Source: Felis catus (taxonomy: Eukaryota). From it: 64,000 bases of DNA. This document shows, piece after piece, positions 35,303 to 48,256 of the stretch. The notes under the pieces were generated by a model, which was given only the letters and a program-made list of their open reading frames with translations, ran no database searches and was not told where the DNA came from. Numbering within the stretch: position 1 is the stretch's first letter; each line of letters starts with the position of its first letter. The position numbers and the translations under genes are program-made. The stretch covers positions 27,530,001-27,594,000 of the forward strand of contig NC_058383.1 in assembly GCF_018350175.1 (NCBI RefSeq), in the 5' to 3' direction.

Positions 35303-38044
35303 ACCCAGAGACCTAAGATATTTGTACTTCTGATTTTTCCCAAGCAGTGGAATAAGATATGTTATTTTAACAGCTGGCTCTGGAGAACCCCTTAGGGTGT
35401 TAACCATGTTTGATTAGGAAAATGCCTTGATGGGCTACATTTGTGTAGGAAGACTATCCATGTGGAAGGAGACGGCTCCCTTGACAAAGGTGCTCTCTGT
35501 ATAGTTGGCAGGAATTTGGTGGGTTGCAGGAAGAGGACAGTTAGATTGAAATAAGAGAAGTGAGGAGGAAAGGAGAGGGGATTAAGTACCAGGATGGGAA
35601 GATGGAGCCTGGAGAGAAATGTAATCAGTGCCAAGTGCCCAACGGCAGGTGGTTGAAGGGCATTTTTTTGGAGCAGGAATGTCTAATACTCCAGCATGGG
35701 TTTGGGGGGAGGATTGCCACATAAAACTCCATTGCCTTAAAACTTTACCAATCATCTGATGAATATAATGTCATCTCAGGGGAACTGAAGTGAAAACATT
35801 GGGGTTGCACCCTTTATGGACACGGTTTGCAAGACAGTGAGGTAGGCCTGAAACTGACCTAATCCCGTGAGAGGAGAAACACAAAGACACTGACCAGAGA
35901 AGCGTAAGGGCTGATCTGCACCAGGTCTTGGAGAGTCCTAGTGACATGGGAAGGGACGCTGGCTCTCCAACCATATGTAGGGTGGAGGTAAAGCCAATTT
36001 CATTTGAATTTTAAAGGACAAAGAAATCCCAGTGGACATCGAGTTTACACGTGTCAGCAATGATCACAGAGCTTTGGCTCTCTGTCATCTCTCTCTCTCT
36101 CTCTTTCTCTCTCTTAATTATGATGAATAATTAGAGCTCATGGCCACGAAGTATCAGAGACGTACCAGGAACTAAATAAGCATGATCTCAAGCTTCAAAC
36201 AAACCTAGCCAAGTAAGTGTGTCCACATTGTAGAGTTTACGTCCTTGAAGCTCAGAGAGGCAAGTAATGGGCTCACCTTCAGGGAGGAGGTAAGCGACAG
36301 AGCTCAAAAAGGAACGCAGACCTCTCCAACTCCAGAGACAAACAACAGTAAAACCTGGGATTGCAAGGAACTTGTTCTGCGAGTGTTCCACAGGACGAAC
36401 AAGCATTTCTAATAAATTTTAACTTGATAAACGAGCAGAGTCTTGCAATGCGAGCAGTACGTGATGCCAAACGTCACACGATCACGACTGAGCCAATGGT
36501 TTGCAAAATTCACTTTGATATTCAAGTGCTTTGGATGATAAGCATGTTTCCAGAACAAACTGTGCTCACAAGCCAAGGTTTTACTGTACCTTTCCGGGTC
36601 TCAGGGTGGGGAGTTCACATCTGTGTAAACTCTCCAGAGCAAGTTCCTGGGGCTGAAGGTAAAAAGCACCTACAGACCTCTATGCGCATGGCAACTTCCA
36701 CCTACCAGAAGAAAATCCTGCTAATTTTGGAGGTGGCCCAGACTAAACTGAGTAAGAGTCTGAATTCTGGTTTGGTTCTTAAGGAAGGGAGAAGCATAGG
36801 ATGTCAGAGAGATGACAGCAGGCTCCCTGTTGGGTCTCGATCCTGGTATGAGTTTAAAGAACGTGAGATCAGACCCTTGGGGACCAGGAAGGGAAATGTC
36901 TTCCTCCAGCCAGGATGAAGGTTGTACTGAGTTACACTATCTTCCCAGCTGGTGTTCTCTTAACTCTAAGACTATGTGGCCTGGTGAAGAAAAGAAATGC
37001 TTTCCTTTAAGCATGCAAGGTGTGCAATGCGTTCCTAATTGCCCCAGAGCCTGGCGACACTGATGTTTATCATTCAATAGGTGTAAGAAGACCTTGATTA
37101 AAAATCTTCATGTCAACACTACATTTCATTCATGTGTGCTGAGACTTTATGGCTTTTTAGTCATATTGCAATGTGGCACAACTAAGAGAGACAAGCCATG
37201 CGGTAATGCCAAGGAAAGGGAGGAGGGAGATACTGTTTTCTATGTGCCAGGCACTCTGTGGGCAGAGAGGGTGGCTTTTCATTTGGGCAACCAAAAGCCC
37301 AGCATGTGTCCAAATGCCCTGCTCTTTAGTGGATGGTATCAGCCCTCATCGGGAACCACTAGGCCAAACACGAACATTCCTGAGACATGAGGGTCCTTCA
37401 GAGGGAGGGCCAGGGAGGATGCTGGGAACATGGGTCATGATGGTACCACAGGAGTGAGAGAAAAGTTCTGAGGACAAGACATTCCTCAGCATGGCCACCG
37501 GAATGAGACCGTGTTCTCCACTTGCAGGCCTAAGATATCTACATCATCCAGGCATAGGCAGAAGCAAACAAAGCTCTGTATTTTGCTTAAAAAGTTCTGG
37601 GAAGGACTGGGGAGAAGAGAACTGGGGAACTTTCTTTCCCAAAAGCTAAGGGAGCCCTGTACCTTCTGGACTCAAACAGTAGATCCTGGGAGTCTTAAGA
37701 CATCTGTGGCCTTCTGGGAAGGCCAATGTGGGCCTGTCAGGGCATGCAAAGTCCTCTGGAGGCCAAGAAGGAGCCGAGTGGAAGGGATGAGCTTTCTGGA
37801 CTTCAAGACAAGGAGGTTCCATGATATTAGAGAGGCTTCCTGCGGTTGCCTCTAGAGGAGCTGGCCTGCCTAACGACTTCCTCATCTTCAATGTGCACAG
37901 ATAGAGATCAGCTCTAGCATCTGTGGGATTGGAACCAAACAGAACTGACAAATTAATATACTATCATTACTAATAATAGCAAAGGCTTATAGAGCTCTGA
38001 CCTTGTGCCGCTCACTGTTGTGAATATTTGGTGTATGTTAGCAT

Positions 38045-38239
38045 TTTCTTTTTAAGAGAGAGAGAGAGTGAGAGAGCACATGAGTAGGGAATGGGCAGAG
38101 AGAGGGCAGAGAGAGAGAATTTTAAGCAGGCTCCACACTCAGCACAGAGCCCGATGCGGGGCTTGATCTCATGACTGAGATCATGACCTGAGCTGAAGTC
38201 AAGAGTCAGACACAACTGACTGAGCCACCCAGGGGCCCC
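38045..38239 (-). mobile_element. CanSINE
   Basis: aagcaggctccacactcagcacagagcccgatgcggggcttgatctc..gactgagccacccaggggcccc. Confidence 0.95.
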
Positions 38240-38249
38240 TAAACTCTTA

Positions 38250-38975
38250 TTTTCAAATAAATGTAGATTCAAATGCAGTTATAAAAAAGGATAGGAAGGT
38301 CTCACGTGCTCTTTACCCAGTTTGCCCCAATGGTGATGTGTTACAAAACTAGAACACAATACCACAGCCAGGAAACTGGCGTTCACACAGTCAACATACA
38401 ACAATCCCATCACCTGAAGCATCCCTCATATTGCCCTTTTCTCATCTTGCCCACGGCCCTCCCGCCCCACCCCTCCTTATCCTTGGCCATCACTAATCTC
38501 TTCTCCATTCCTATAAGAGTGCCACTTCAAGAATGCCATCTAAATGGAATCACAAAATACACAATCTTTTGAGACTTATTTATTTATTTATTTATTACTC
38601 AGCATAATTCTCTGGAAATTCACCTAGGCTGTCACAGTATCAACAATATGCTCCTTTTTACTGCTGAGTAGTACTCCATGGTATGGATGTGCCACAGTCT
38701 GTTTAACCATTTTCCCACCGAAGGACATCTGGCTTGTTGCCAGGCGGGGGCATCATGAATAAAAGCACCATAAGCATTTGCATACAGGTTTATGTGTAAA
38801 ATTGAGTTTTTATTTCTCTGGGATTGATGCCCAGGAGTGCAATTGCCAGGTCATAAGACAGTTGTGTGTTAAGTTTTATAGGAAACTGCCAAAGTACTTC
38901 CCAGGGTAAATATATCATTTTATATTCCCGCCAGTAATGTATGGTGTGAGACCGCTTCTCACCTTTCTCCCCGGC
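38250..38975 (-). mobile_element. LINE-1 (L1MC-like) 3' end
   Basis: tagattcaaatgcagtt..tttacccagttt..; minus peptide WQFPIKLNTQLSYDLAIALLGINPREIKT is the L1 ORF2 C-terminus. Confidence 0.88.
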
Positions 38976-39834
38976 ATGGGCTGGAGTCGACACACACGAC
39001 AGGATCAATAAGCCACTTTGGGATTGAAGCGAGCAGCTTTCCAGAAAACCCTCGTTAGAATGTTCTGAGAAAGGAGACTAAATGAATCCGTCAGCACACC
39101 ACACTTCAGAATGATATGTTTGTCAAATTAGCAAGGGAGAGAAAATTCAGATAGTTCACAGGAGAGAGGAGTTTGGATGGAGATGTGGAGAGGATGTTCA
39201 GAAAGCTTGGGTGTTTGGGACCGTCACAACAAAGCTACCGAAAGGGCACTGGGTCTTTTGACGGTAAGAATTAAGGTGTGAAGTAAAAAAAAAGAAGAGA
39301 GAGCAGACAAAAGCAGACTTCAGGAAATCAGAAAACTCAGACATAAGCTCAGGGGTCAGTTCCCTGGGGTCCACTCAAACTTAATGTTTGCAGAATTCTG
39401 GAGATCAGTAGCACAGTAAAGATGAGACTTCAGCACCCGAATACACCACTGTTAAATAATTAATGACTCGGTCCCTTAAATGCACAGGACTGTTCCCAAT
39501 GTCCTGCTCCTCCACCCCTCACATCAGCCACACCTTTGTCTTCTCCCCTGAGCACCCCCAAGACCTCACCTCTGTGGTGTGGCTTCTTTCGCTCCATCAG
39601 ACGCCTTCCCATTCACTCAGAAAACTCTGTCCTTGTGTTTTCAAATTGCTTTCCCATCTCAACACCTAAAACTTTGGTTCAGCATTTTTGTTATGGCAAA
39701 GACTAAATGTGGTAAACAAAAGAGACCTTCCTCTGGATGAAGGTATGAGATGCTGGATGGGGTATGCTTCTAAAAGAAGAAAACAAGCGGAGAGAAAAAA
39801 ATGCCACAGGACTTTTCCCTTTGGGGATATTGAG

Positions 39835-40070
39835 GTTACAATTAGTCCTCACTGTGGGCGGGTAAATGTGCCAGGCACTGTGTTAAATACTTTATCACAT
39901 GCGATCTTCAGAACATCGCAATAAAGCACGGACTATTTTCATCCCCTCTGAAAGTGAGGGAAGTAGATCTGAGAGATGACTTTGCATGCTCAAGATCGTA
40001 ATACTATAAATAGCGGATCCAGGATTCAAACCCAGGCAGTCTGGTTCCAGATCCCATGTACCTGTCATGT
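39835..40070 (-). mobile_element. MIR SINE
   Basis: atgtgccaggcactgtgttaa..ccaggattcaaacccaggcagtctgg. Confidence 0.8.
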
Positions 40071-41409
40071 ATCAACTAAGAAAAATGCACTCATGCCATC
40101 TCAAAACTGAAGTGAGTCTTCTCTGGCCAGTGCCTACAGTGTAGGAAGAAAGGTAAAAAAAAGGCTGTTCCAACATGACTTGTCCTGCGTGTAGATTGGA
40201 TCTGGGTTGTTGGGTTGGATCTGGTTCCCTTAAGCCTTCTTAGATGTTTGTGGGTTCCAGTACTTGGCCTGGATGCCCCAGCCTCACCTAACATGGTTCC
40301 TACTGTCTAGCTGAAAGAACAGTTCTTATGACCACACAAAGGGATAATATTTCTACAAAAGCTTACATGTAAAAAATTATTTTGGGCCTTCCATTTCTGA
40401 TCAAGTGGAAGTCAGGCCTTTCCACAGAAAACAACTAAAAATGCTGTTGGTGAAGAATTATCAGGGCAAAATCTCAGGGAAGGAAGAAATCCAGAAGGGG
40501 AAGCAGGGTACTGAACCATTTTTGTGCTGAAAACATTTCTCAAACTTGACGAACTCAGGCTTCAGTTTTCATAACCTCGTGGACGCAATGGACTCGGACC
40601 TTCCCAGAGTGGGAAGTTAAGTGCAAGACCTCCAAAACCCAGGACCCAAAGAGCTACAACAGCCATGTAAGGATGAACCAGAGGAAAAATGACTGCACGT
40701 ATATAGCCCCCAGCTCCTGGAGTCTGCAAGAAAAATTCTTCAGTACTCAGCACAGTAGGGAGAAAAATACCTTCTGCAAAAGGCCCTAATAATCACAGGA
40801 ATTACAGCCAAAATTGGACAACCCATGGGGACCAGAAAACTCCAAGCCATCAATTGGTTTAACACATTTGCAGGCTATGCCCCCAGGTGTCCAGCTAACA
40901 CAACTGAAAATGCTTTTCGGAAGAACGCACCCTTTTCACAGTCCCCAAGGGATTGCCACAAATAAATTTCCAGGAAAAATGAACAGCACACAGTAATAAA
41001 TGTCTGAGCACACAGGAAATAAGACATAAGGAGCAGAAAGTAAGAGAAAGAGAAATAATTATGGGAGATTCTTGGAAGATAGTAGCAATGGCAGCTCAGT
41101 TTTTCAGCCTCTTTCAATCCCAACACGAAAACAGAGTAAGTCGATTAGGAAGACTAGAAACACACGGACAACATTTTGCAACAAATCCAGGGAACAAGAT
41201 ACCCCCTGAATCCCCAAACACAGGAGGGTGGGGAGAGACCACTAACAGGTATAAGACATGCCTTATAGTCTTGTCTATGGGGGAGACCGAGGAAGTGACA
41301 GAGGCAGAATCTCAGAGACCCGAGGAGAAGAGAGCCCAGGAGAGGCAAGCAGAAAGAACAAAAGAAGCAGAAGGTGAGAAGGAGGGAAAATTGAAAAGTC
41401 AGTAAGAAA

Positions 41410-42077
41410 CGGAGAACACAAACAGGTGCTTGTACACTCGTGTTCACAGCAGCATTTCTTCACAGTAGCCAAGAGGTGGGATCCACTCAAAAGTCCAACA
41501 GCAGATAGAGGGATACCCAAAGTGTGGTAGAGCCACACAATGAAGTATTAGTCATCCTTAGAAGGGAAAGAAATTCCCTTCAGTGAAATAAGCCAGTGAA
41601 AATAGGGCAAATACTGCATAATAACAATCACATGGGGTATTTAGAGTAGCTCAATTCGCAGATACGGTGAGTAGAATGGCGGTTGCCCAGGAGGTGGGTG
41701 GGGGGGTCGTAGGGAACGGGAATTCCTCTTTATTTTATTTTTTTAAGTGTATTTATTTATTTATTTATTTTGAGAGAGAGAGGGAATCCCAAGCAGGCTC
41801 TGCACTGTCAGCACAGAGCCCGATGCAGGGCTCGAACTCACAAACCATGAGATCATGACCTCAGCTGAAGTTGGACGTTTAACCACCTGAGCCACCAGGT
41901 GCCCCAGGAATTCTTTTTAAAATGAATATAGAGTTTCAGTCCAGCAGGATAAAGAAAGTTCTGGAAATGGGACAGTGGTGAGGGTTGCACGATTATGTGA
42001 ATGTATTTAATGTCATGGAACTGTATACCTAAAAGCTATTCAAATGTTAAATTTCATGCTGTATTGATTTCACAATT
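41410..42077 (+). mobile_element. LINE-1 (L1MB-like) 3'UTR fragment
   Basis: tgttcacagcagca..ttcacagtagccaagaggtgg..agtagaatggcggttgcc..agagtttcagt..gttctggaaatgg..ggttgcac. Confidence 0.85.
41731..41905 (-). mobile_element. CanSINE within the L1 3'UTR
   Basis: cccaagcaggctctgcactgtcagcacagagcccgatgcagggctcgaactc; flanks ggaattcctc/ggaattcttt. Confidence 0.94.
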
Positions 42078-42093
42078 AAAAAACTAAAGTTCA

Positions 42094-42302
42094 GGGGCGC
42101 CTGGGTGGCTCAGTCGGTTAAGTGGCCGACTTCAGCTCAGGTCATGATCTCACGGTTTGTGAGTTCGAGCCCCGCGTCGGGCTCTGTGCTGACAGCTCAT
42201 GGCCTGGAGCCTGTTTCAGATTCTGTGTCTCCCTCTCTCTGACCCTCCCCCATTCATGCTCTGTCTCTCTCTGTCTCAATAATAAATAAACGTTAAAAAA
42301 AA
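42094..42302 (+). mobile_element. Young feline CanSINE
   Basis: ggggcgcctgggtggctcagtcggttaag..gagttcgagccccgcgtcggg; perfect TSD aaaaaactaaagttca at 42078-42093 and 42303-42318. Confidence 0.98.
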
Positions 42303-44734
42303 AAAAAACTAAAGTTCAATGTAAGAGATTTAGAGAGAAAAATAATTGAGACAGTAACAAATACTGAAACTAGGCAAAGGGGTAAAAAAAGAAAACAGGC
42401 AAAGAAGATTGAACACACAGATAACGGGCATTTCTGAAGATGAAAACCAAGGTGAGAAAACAGAAGAAATACCAAAAACTCTATTTCAAGAAAACATTCC
42501 TGAAATAAAAATGTAATTGGAAACTAGATTTCAAAAGAGCGCAATGCAAGCATGAGAATACTGACCCAAGATTATTAATACCAACACACATTCCAGTATG
42601 ATCTGAGACATTAAATAACCCTTTTGGCATCTAGCACCAAAAAAACCCATGCAACTTAAAAGGGAAAGAAAATTAGATTATTATTAGCCAATGAAAGCCA
42701 GGCTTTATGTCAGAAGAAAATTGAGTAACATATCTAAAATACTCAGGGAAAGAGCACTGAGGAATTTTATTACGCGGCACAATTGATTTTTTAAGTACAA
42801 AGTGCATAGATAAACTTATCAAAACACAAGAACTCAAGAAATATTGTTCCCACAGGCCCCTCTGAGTAATCTACTACAGAATGAGTTTTAGACAACCAAA
42901 ATAATTAAAGGGCCAGTGACATAATGATGGCTAATGAGCATTAAACAAATAGCTACTCACACAGACAGACAAAGACAAATGAGGACACACAAGGAGAAAC
43001 ATACTATGAAATGGCTATATGTCTGCCAATGTATATTTGCACAATTACTAACAATGGAGGGTCTATATAAATTTTTTTTTCTTTAATACATCAAGATTAT
43101 ACATCTGGGTGCCTACAACAGGTAACCTTTCCTATATGTAGGTTTTATCTCAATAAACTTGGCAAAAAGGAGGGGCATGAGAAGAGCATATAGCAAAATT
43201 GTGCTGATGGTTTCGATAGAAATAATGGAGGTGGAGTTACTTTCAGTAACTATAACAGCTGTAATAATAAATTAGTATTGTTATTCCAAGACCATTGTGT
43301 GAGTAAGGTTGGATAAAATGAGTGAGAAATAATGATAAATTCTAATTCCGTCACCCCCTGTACCCTGGAAAGCCAGGATTCTTGGAATGGAAGAGAGGAC
43401 ATATTGATGTAGTAAAAAGAGGTCAAGTAAAAGTCTTAACTTAAAACTGGAAGTATCGACAATGAATCCTTGAGATTTTTTACAATATTTTTTTCCTGAA
43501 AACTCCTAAAAACAACCACCAACTCAGTAGCTATGAGCATCCTAGGTGCCAAATTATACTACTTGTATGTATTCAAACAGAAAGCCAATGAGCCATGGGG
43601 GACATACTCTATGGATTACAAACGTTGGCCAAACCCTATAAGTTTAGGTAACAGAATGCAACTTGAACAGTTAGCATGTTCTGCAATGAGGAAAACCCAC
43701 CAACACATGCATTCACACATACGCATCTCACACCATGATAATCACGGTGCAAGGTCCCACCTGAAGAGGCATTTGCTTCCATGGGGTGGCACTTGTTCCA
43801 CCTGGGTAGCCTCTTGGCCTATCAGCACCAGAAATTAGACATGGAGAGAAAGAACATCATTGGGCACCCAAGAGTGGCTTAGTTCAGTATTTGTACTGAA
43901 CTTACTATCTGTAGTGTGGGTGGAGAACGGAATTTAGGGAGGTGGCCCTACCCACATCTCTAAAACCTCCTTGTACATAGGAAACTTAGACGCTTGGGCC
44001 CTTCACGCCAACTAACACACAATTGATTCCTGACGTGAGCTGACACTAGAAATGCTGGATTAGAAGCCTTTCTAAGATTTAATCATCTTGGATCCCCAGA
44101 ACCACTTTCTACTATTGTCTCCTGAGTCAGTGCCAGAAAGAGATCATTGGTCTAACATCTCTCTCTGCTTATGGTTACTTTAATTCTTGGCCCCACTGCT
44201 GTTCTCTTTCACTGAATCTTGTCCAGGTCTGCTCCAGTCCTCTCCACAAGAGCTTCCTACGTAAAATAATCAGGGGCAAGTACTGTGGGAACATTAGTGT
44301 CTTCTCTCCCAGAAAACCCCTGATCTCCATATGCAAAGCGGCCTTCATGTCTTCGCAAAGAGGAGTATATAGGTAGCTCCTCTAAGTCAAACCAAAGGCC
44401 TCGTCATAACGGTTTTCAAATCTAAGTTTGTTTGGAATATATCTGCATGTTAAAGAGAGAGCATAAACATCTGCTCTGAATTGACCATCTATCCCCACCA
44501 GAACAAAGAGCAGCTGGCAGCTTCTTTACCGAAAGAAGGAAAAAATCTGGTTTGGCTATTCCACTCCACAAGGACTTAGCATAAGCCTATTGTCAGAATC
44601 AGAGAGAAGCTTCCATTAATGAGGCTTATGGATAAAAACTGAAAATGTGTATGCAAATGCCTCACTAGTAGGAACGGAGGACATTCTTTCTTCCAATACC
44701 ACCCCTCCCTGCACATGTCTTTTCTAAACCCCAC

Positions 44735-45040
44735 TCATTGTAATCACCAACAGCTATAGGGTCAGGTATTTACAACCTTAACTCCAGGGAAAAAAGAGAA
44801 CTGTTCCTTCCAGCTTTCCATATAAAAATTCCAAGGTAATTTTTCCAAGCCTTTCTCATTGGTTTCTCATTGGTCCAACTTGGGCCCAGGCACCCTAACC
44901 AGAAGGAATAGAAATACTGATTGTACAGTTCCTGGGTCATGTCCAGTCCTGTAGGCAAGATGCTATGCTTTTCAAATTCACACAAAACACAGGATTGTAG
45001 TCAGGGAGGAGGATATTCTCTAGGGAATGTGATGAGTGAA
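44735..45040 (-). mobile_element. MLT1-like LTR fragment
   Basis: tctcattggtccaacttgggcccaggcaccctaacc..ctgattg..ctgggtcatgt. Confidence 0.5.
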
Positions 45041-45679
45041 AGTGTTGTTTTTTTTTGTTTTGTTTTGTTTTTTCCACAAGACCCCTGTTTTTAAGTGGTC
45101 ACAAACTACAGAGGTCTTTCCGTACAACCCCAGCTCCAAGACAGGCCGGGATACTTGGTACCACCCTTCCTACATATCTTCCTAAAGTGCATTACCAAGA
45201 CTGAAAGCATTCCATAAGCAACATCTGTAGGACCGGAGGCTGTCTGAACTTGATACTCAAGCCAATTTTGCAAGTATATGGAGTTGAGAGTATTATTATC
45301 TCAGGTTCCATATTCTCCACGGATTTTTCACAATCATTGATTGGAGCAGGGCTAGTGCTTGGCAACCAGGAAGGCTCCCATCTGTCAAGGGATTTGTCAC
45401 TCCAGACAGCCGCTGGTTTTGCTGATTTGGAAATTGCAATAGATGATGACAGAACAATGAACAATGGCTTTGCTACTGTCATCCTTCACTAGTGCCCTTT
45501 AGGAAGCATTCCAAAACAAAACAAAATGAAAAATATTTTTTTAAAAAAGAGGCCAAATTCACCTGCCTGCTTGTTCCTGCCCCTGAAACAGGATGAGGAG
45601 GTTGAGCGCCAGTTGCCTCCTTGAGTGGAGGACTGGACACGTTTCAGTGATGGTGCACTGCGAACTTATTGCACCAGGA

Positions 45680-46420
45680 GGAAGGAAACTTGACTTGGCC
45701 CTTCAACGCACATTCAGCCTTTTCCTATTTCGAGCACCCAGATTTTCCTCCAGGGAACATTCCTGATTCTCAGCCCATGTGTTTTGGGTGGGGTTGGATC
45801 CACTTTCTGCCCTAGGGATGTGCATGTGGCTCAGGCCAGACCTAACGGAGCAAGCATTACTGTGATGCCACTGACTGGTTCAGGGATGGTCACACAATTC
45901 AACTTGAGCCAGTGAGACAAAGAGATACTTTTGATGGTTAAGATTAGCAGGTTCTTTAAGGTTAGACTTGAATTTGGAGTTAAAGGTGGTGAAGTTGGTA
46001 GCAATTTGCCACCACATGGAACATGAGAATGAAGCTAATAGAGAAGCAAGCATTTTATAGACAGAGACCTCATTCTGATGGCATAATTTTATTTTATTTT
46101 ATTTTTGAATTTTTTTTTCAACATTTATTTATTTTTGGAACAGAGAGAGACAGAGCATGAACGGGGGAGGGGCAGAGAGAGAGGGAGACACAGAATCGGA
46201 AACAGGCTCCAGGCTCTGAGCCATCAGCCCAGAGCCCGACGCGGGGCTCGAACTCACGGACCGCGAGATCGTGACCTGGCTGAAGTCGGACGCTTAACCG
46301 ACTGCGCCACCCAGGCGCCCCTGATGGCATAATTTTAATACCTGGGTCAGGTGCCACCTGAACCTAGTTCTGATCCTCAATTTTTCATTGATAGGCATCA
46401 AAAGGAGACTGTCTTGGTTT
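45680..46420 (+). mobile_element. MLT1J/K-like LTR containing a young SINE
   Basis: gagcacccagatt..ctcagcccatgtgttttgggtgggg..tgactggttcagggatgg..gagccagtgaga. Confidence 0.6.
46092..46321 (-). mobile_element. Very young feline CanSINE
   Basis: Near-identical to 23976-24188; perfect TSD tgatggcataatttta at 46076-46091 and 46322-46337. Confidence 0.98.
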
Positions 46421-46439
46421 TCTCTCACCTAAAACAAAA

Positions 46440-46590
46440 AGGAGCTCTGCACTTAGGTTCTAGCCCTGGTTCTGCCACAAACTACGGCGTGACCTTGTGC
46501 AAGCCTCTTGATCCCTCTGCCACTGGGTTTCCTCATCTAGGAGAAACTCTGGATAAAAATCATCAGGAGGTCCTCAGATGAAGGAGAAAT
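46440..46590 (+). mobile_element. MIR SINE
   Basis: ggttctagccctggttctgccac..gtgaccttgtgcaagc..gtttcctcatct. Confidence 0.8.
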
Positions 46591-47733
46591 TTCGGCTTTA
46601 ACATTCTGGAGTATTTTACTGAGTTACTGTTGTAAACACAGAGTTTTGTAGGAGGAGACAGGTAGAAAATCCTGAATTTAGACTTTCTGGACAAGAAGTT
46701 GTGTCAAAAAGTCTTTCTAGAAGGAGAAATGAGTAGAGACGAGTCAAATTTTTGAAATAATTCAGCAACTCATCTAAGGGTGACATTTTACAAAAATAAG
46801 AGTATTCTGATAGGGCGAGAATGAAAAACAGTGGGACGTATAATCTTTAAACAAAGAAAATCTTTCCTTAGAAAAGATAGTTGCTAACCTAATTCAATAT
46901 TTATAGCTTTCTCTAATCCTTTATTTCTAAACTTTTTTGAAATGATTTTATTTAAGGTTTCCTAAGTAACATGTTTCCTTTAAAAAATGCTAACAGTGTT
47001 TGTCTTTCAACAGGAGAAATTAAATTATTTATATTTACTATAATCACCATATGTTTGGCTTTATTTCTGTCATCTTCATTTATGTTGCTTATTTTTCATC
47101 TTTTCTTGAGGGCTACCCTTTCCAGCTTCTAGCTAATTGAGCAAATATTCTTTCTGGCTTTTATTTCTCCAGTGAAATAGAAGACTACCTTCCTTTTTTT
47201 TATACTTATATTTTAATTTAGATGTACTTTTACAAACACAAATATATTTCAAATCCTATTTTCTTAGCAATGCCAGAAAGTCAGCAGTAGTCTAGAGCCT
47301 CCTCTCTGAAAACACAACCCTTATGGAATATCTTCATCTCTTCTGCCCTCCACTCTCCACCTCCCACATCTTATGATGTCGAATTTGGGTATAAGATTAA
47401 TATTTTGCTGTAGATATGCATGGATTTTAGATACTTGGTTTTCTGGCATGCCTCTTCTATGTTATTAACTTCTATTTAACAACTGCACTATCAGCAATTA
47501 TTTGTATGTTTTTCCGTTTTGTTTTGTTTTGTTTTTTCAGCTTGTTCCTTAATTCCATTATGTCTGCTCTCTCTTTCTAGAATAACTCTTTGATGAACGT
47601 TGGGTCTCCTGGATCCATGGTCCGTGTGTCGGCTTTTGTGTTGTCATTTTTATGGCATTGCTCTGGGGGTTGGCAGAATGCTTTGGTTAGATATTTCTGA
47701 TCACTAAGTCGATCCTTTATTTAAATTTTTAAT

Positions 47734-47945
47734 GTTTTTTTAAAATGTTTATTTACTTTTGAGAGACAGAGTGTGAAAGGAGGGGAGAGGCAGAGAGAGA
47801 CACAGACAGAGACAGAGAATCCAAAGCAGGCTCCAGGTTCCAAGCTACTGGCACAGAGCCAGACGTGGGGCTCGAACCCACAAACTGTGAGATCATTACC
47901 TGAGCCAAAGCTGGATGCTTAAATAACTGAGCCACCCAGGCACCC
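47734..47945 (-). mobile_element. Feline CanSINE
   Basis: aatccaaagcaggctccagg..gagccagacgtggggctcgaacccac..actgagccacccaggcaccc; approximate TSD ctttatttaaattttt. Confidence 0.95.
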
Positions 47946-48097
47946 TCTTTTATTTAATTTTTAATTCTCCCATTCAGACCTCGTACTCAGTTGGTAATGT
48001 TACCAATCAGTTTAATATGCACAATTTATTTTATATCATTAAAGCACTTTATGAATAAACTCAGGTTTCTGTATGGAGCATACATCCTCTCAGATCT

Positions 48098-48256
48098 GAT
48101 AAATAAAATTAAATTGAAATTAAAATTCAGTTCCTCAGTTGCACTAGCTATATTTCAAGTGCTCAAGAGTCCCATGTGGCTAGAGGCTATACTATTGGCC
48201 GCACAGATTGATAGAGCATTTCTATCACTGCAGGCTGTTCTACAGTGCAGTGCTGG
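48098..48256 (-). mobile_element. MER3/MER33 hAT MITE fragment
   Basis: aaattcagttcctcagttgcactagctatatttcaagtgctcaa..catgtggctag. Confidence 0.85.

Larger units (their letters stand above)
40385..43530 (+). mobile_element. Probable HAL1 / ancient L1 5'UTR-ORF1 element, fragmented by younger insertions
   Basis: 42421-42510 translates ITGISEDENQGEKTEEIPKTLFQENIPEIK and 42660-42680 KGKKIRL, both like L1 ORF1p; no ORF2 seen downstream; outer limits uncertain. Confidence 0.55.

Noticed and set aside
36361..36918. 185-aa ORF in unique sequence
   Set aside because: Starts at TTG, shows no recognisable domain or exon structure; one such ORF is plausible by chance.
39429..39450. REST/RE1 site
   Set aside because: Only the left half TTCAGCACC is present; no GGACAG half follows.
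6311..47945. tRNA genes
   Set aside because: The A/B-box sequences are tRNA-derived CanSINE heads followed by CT tracts and A tails.
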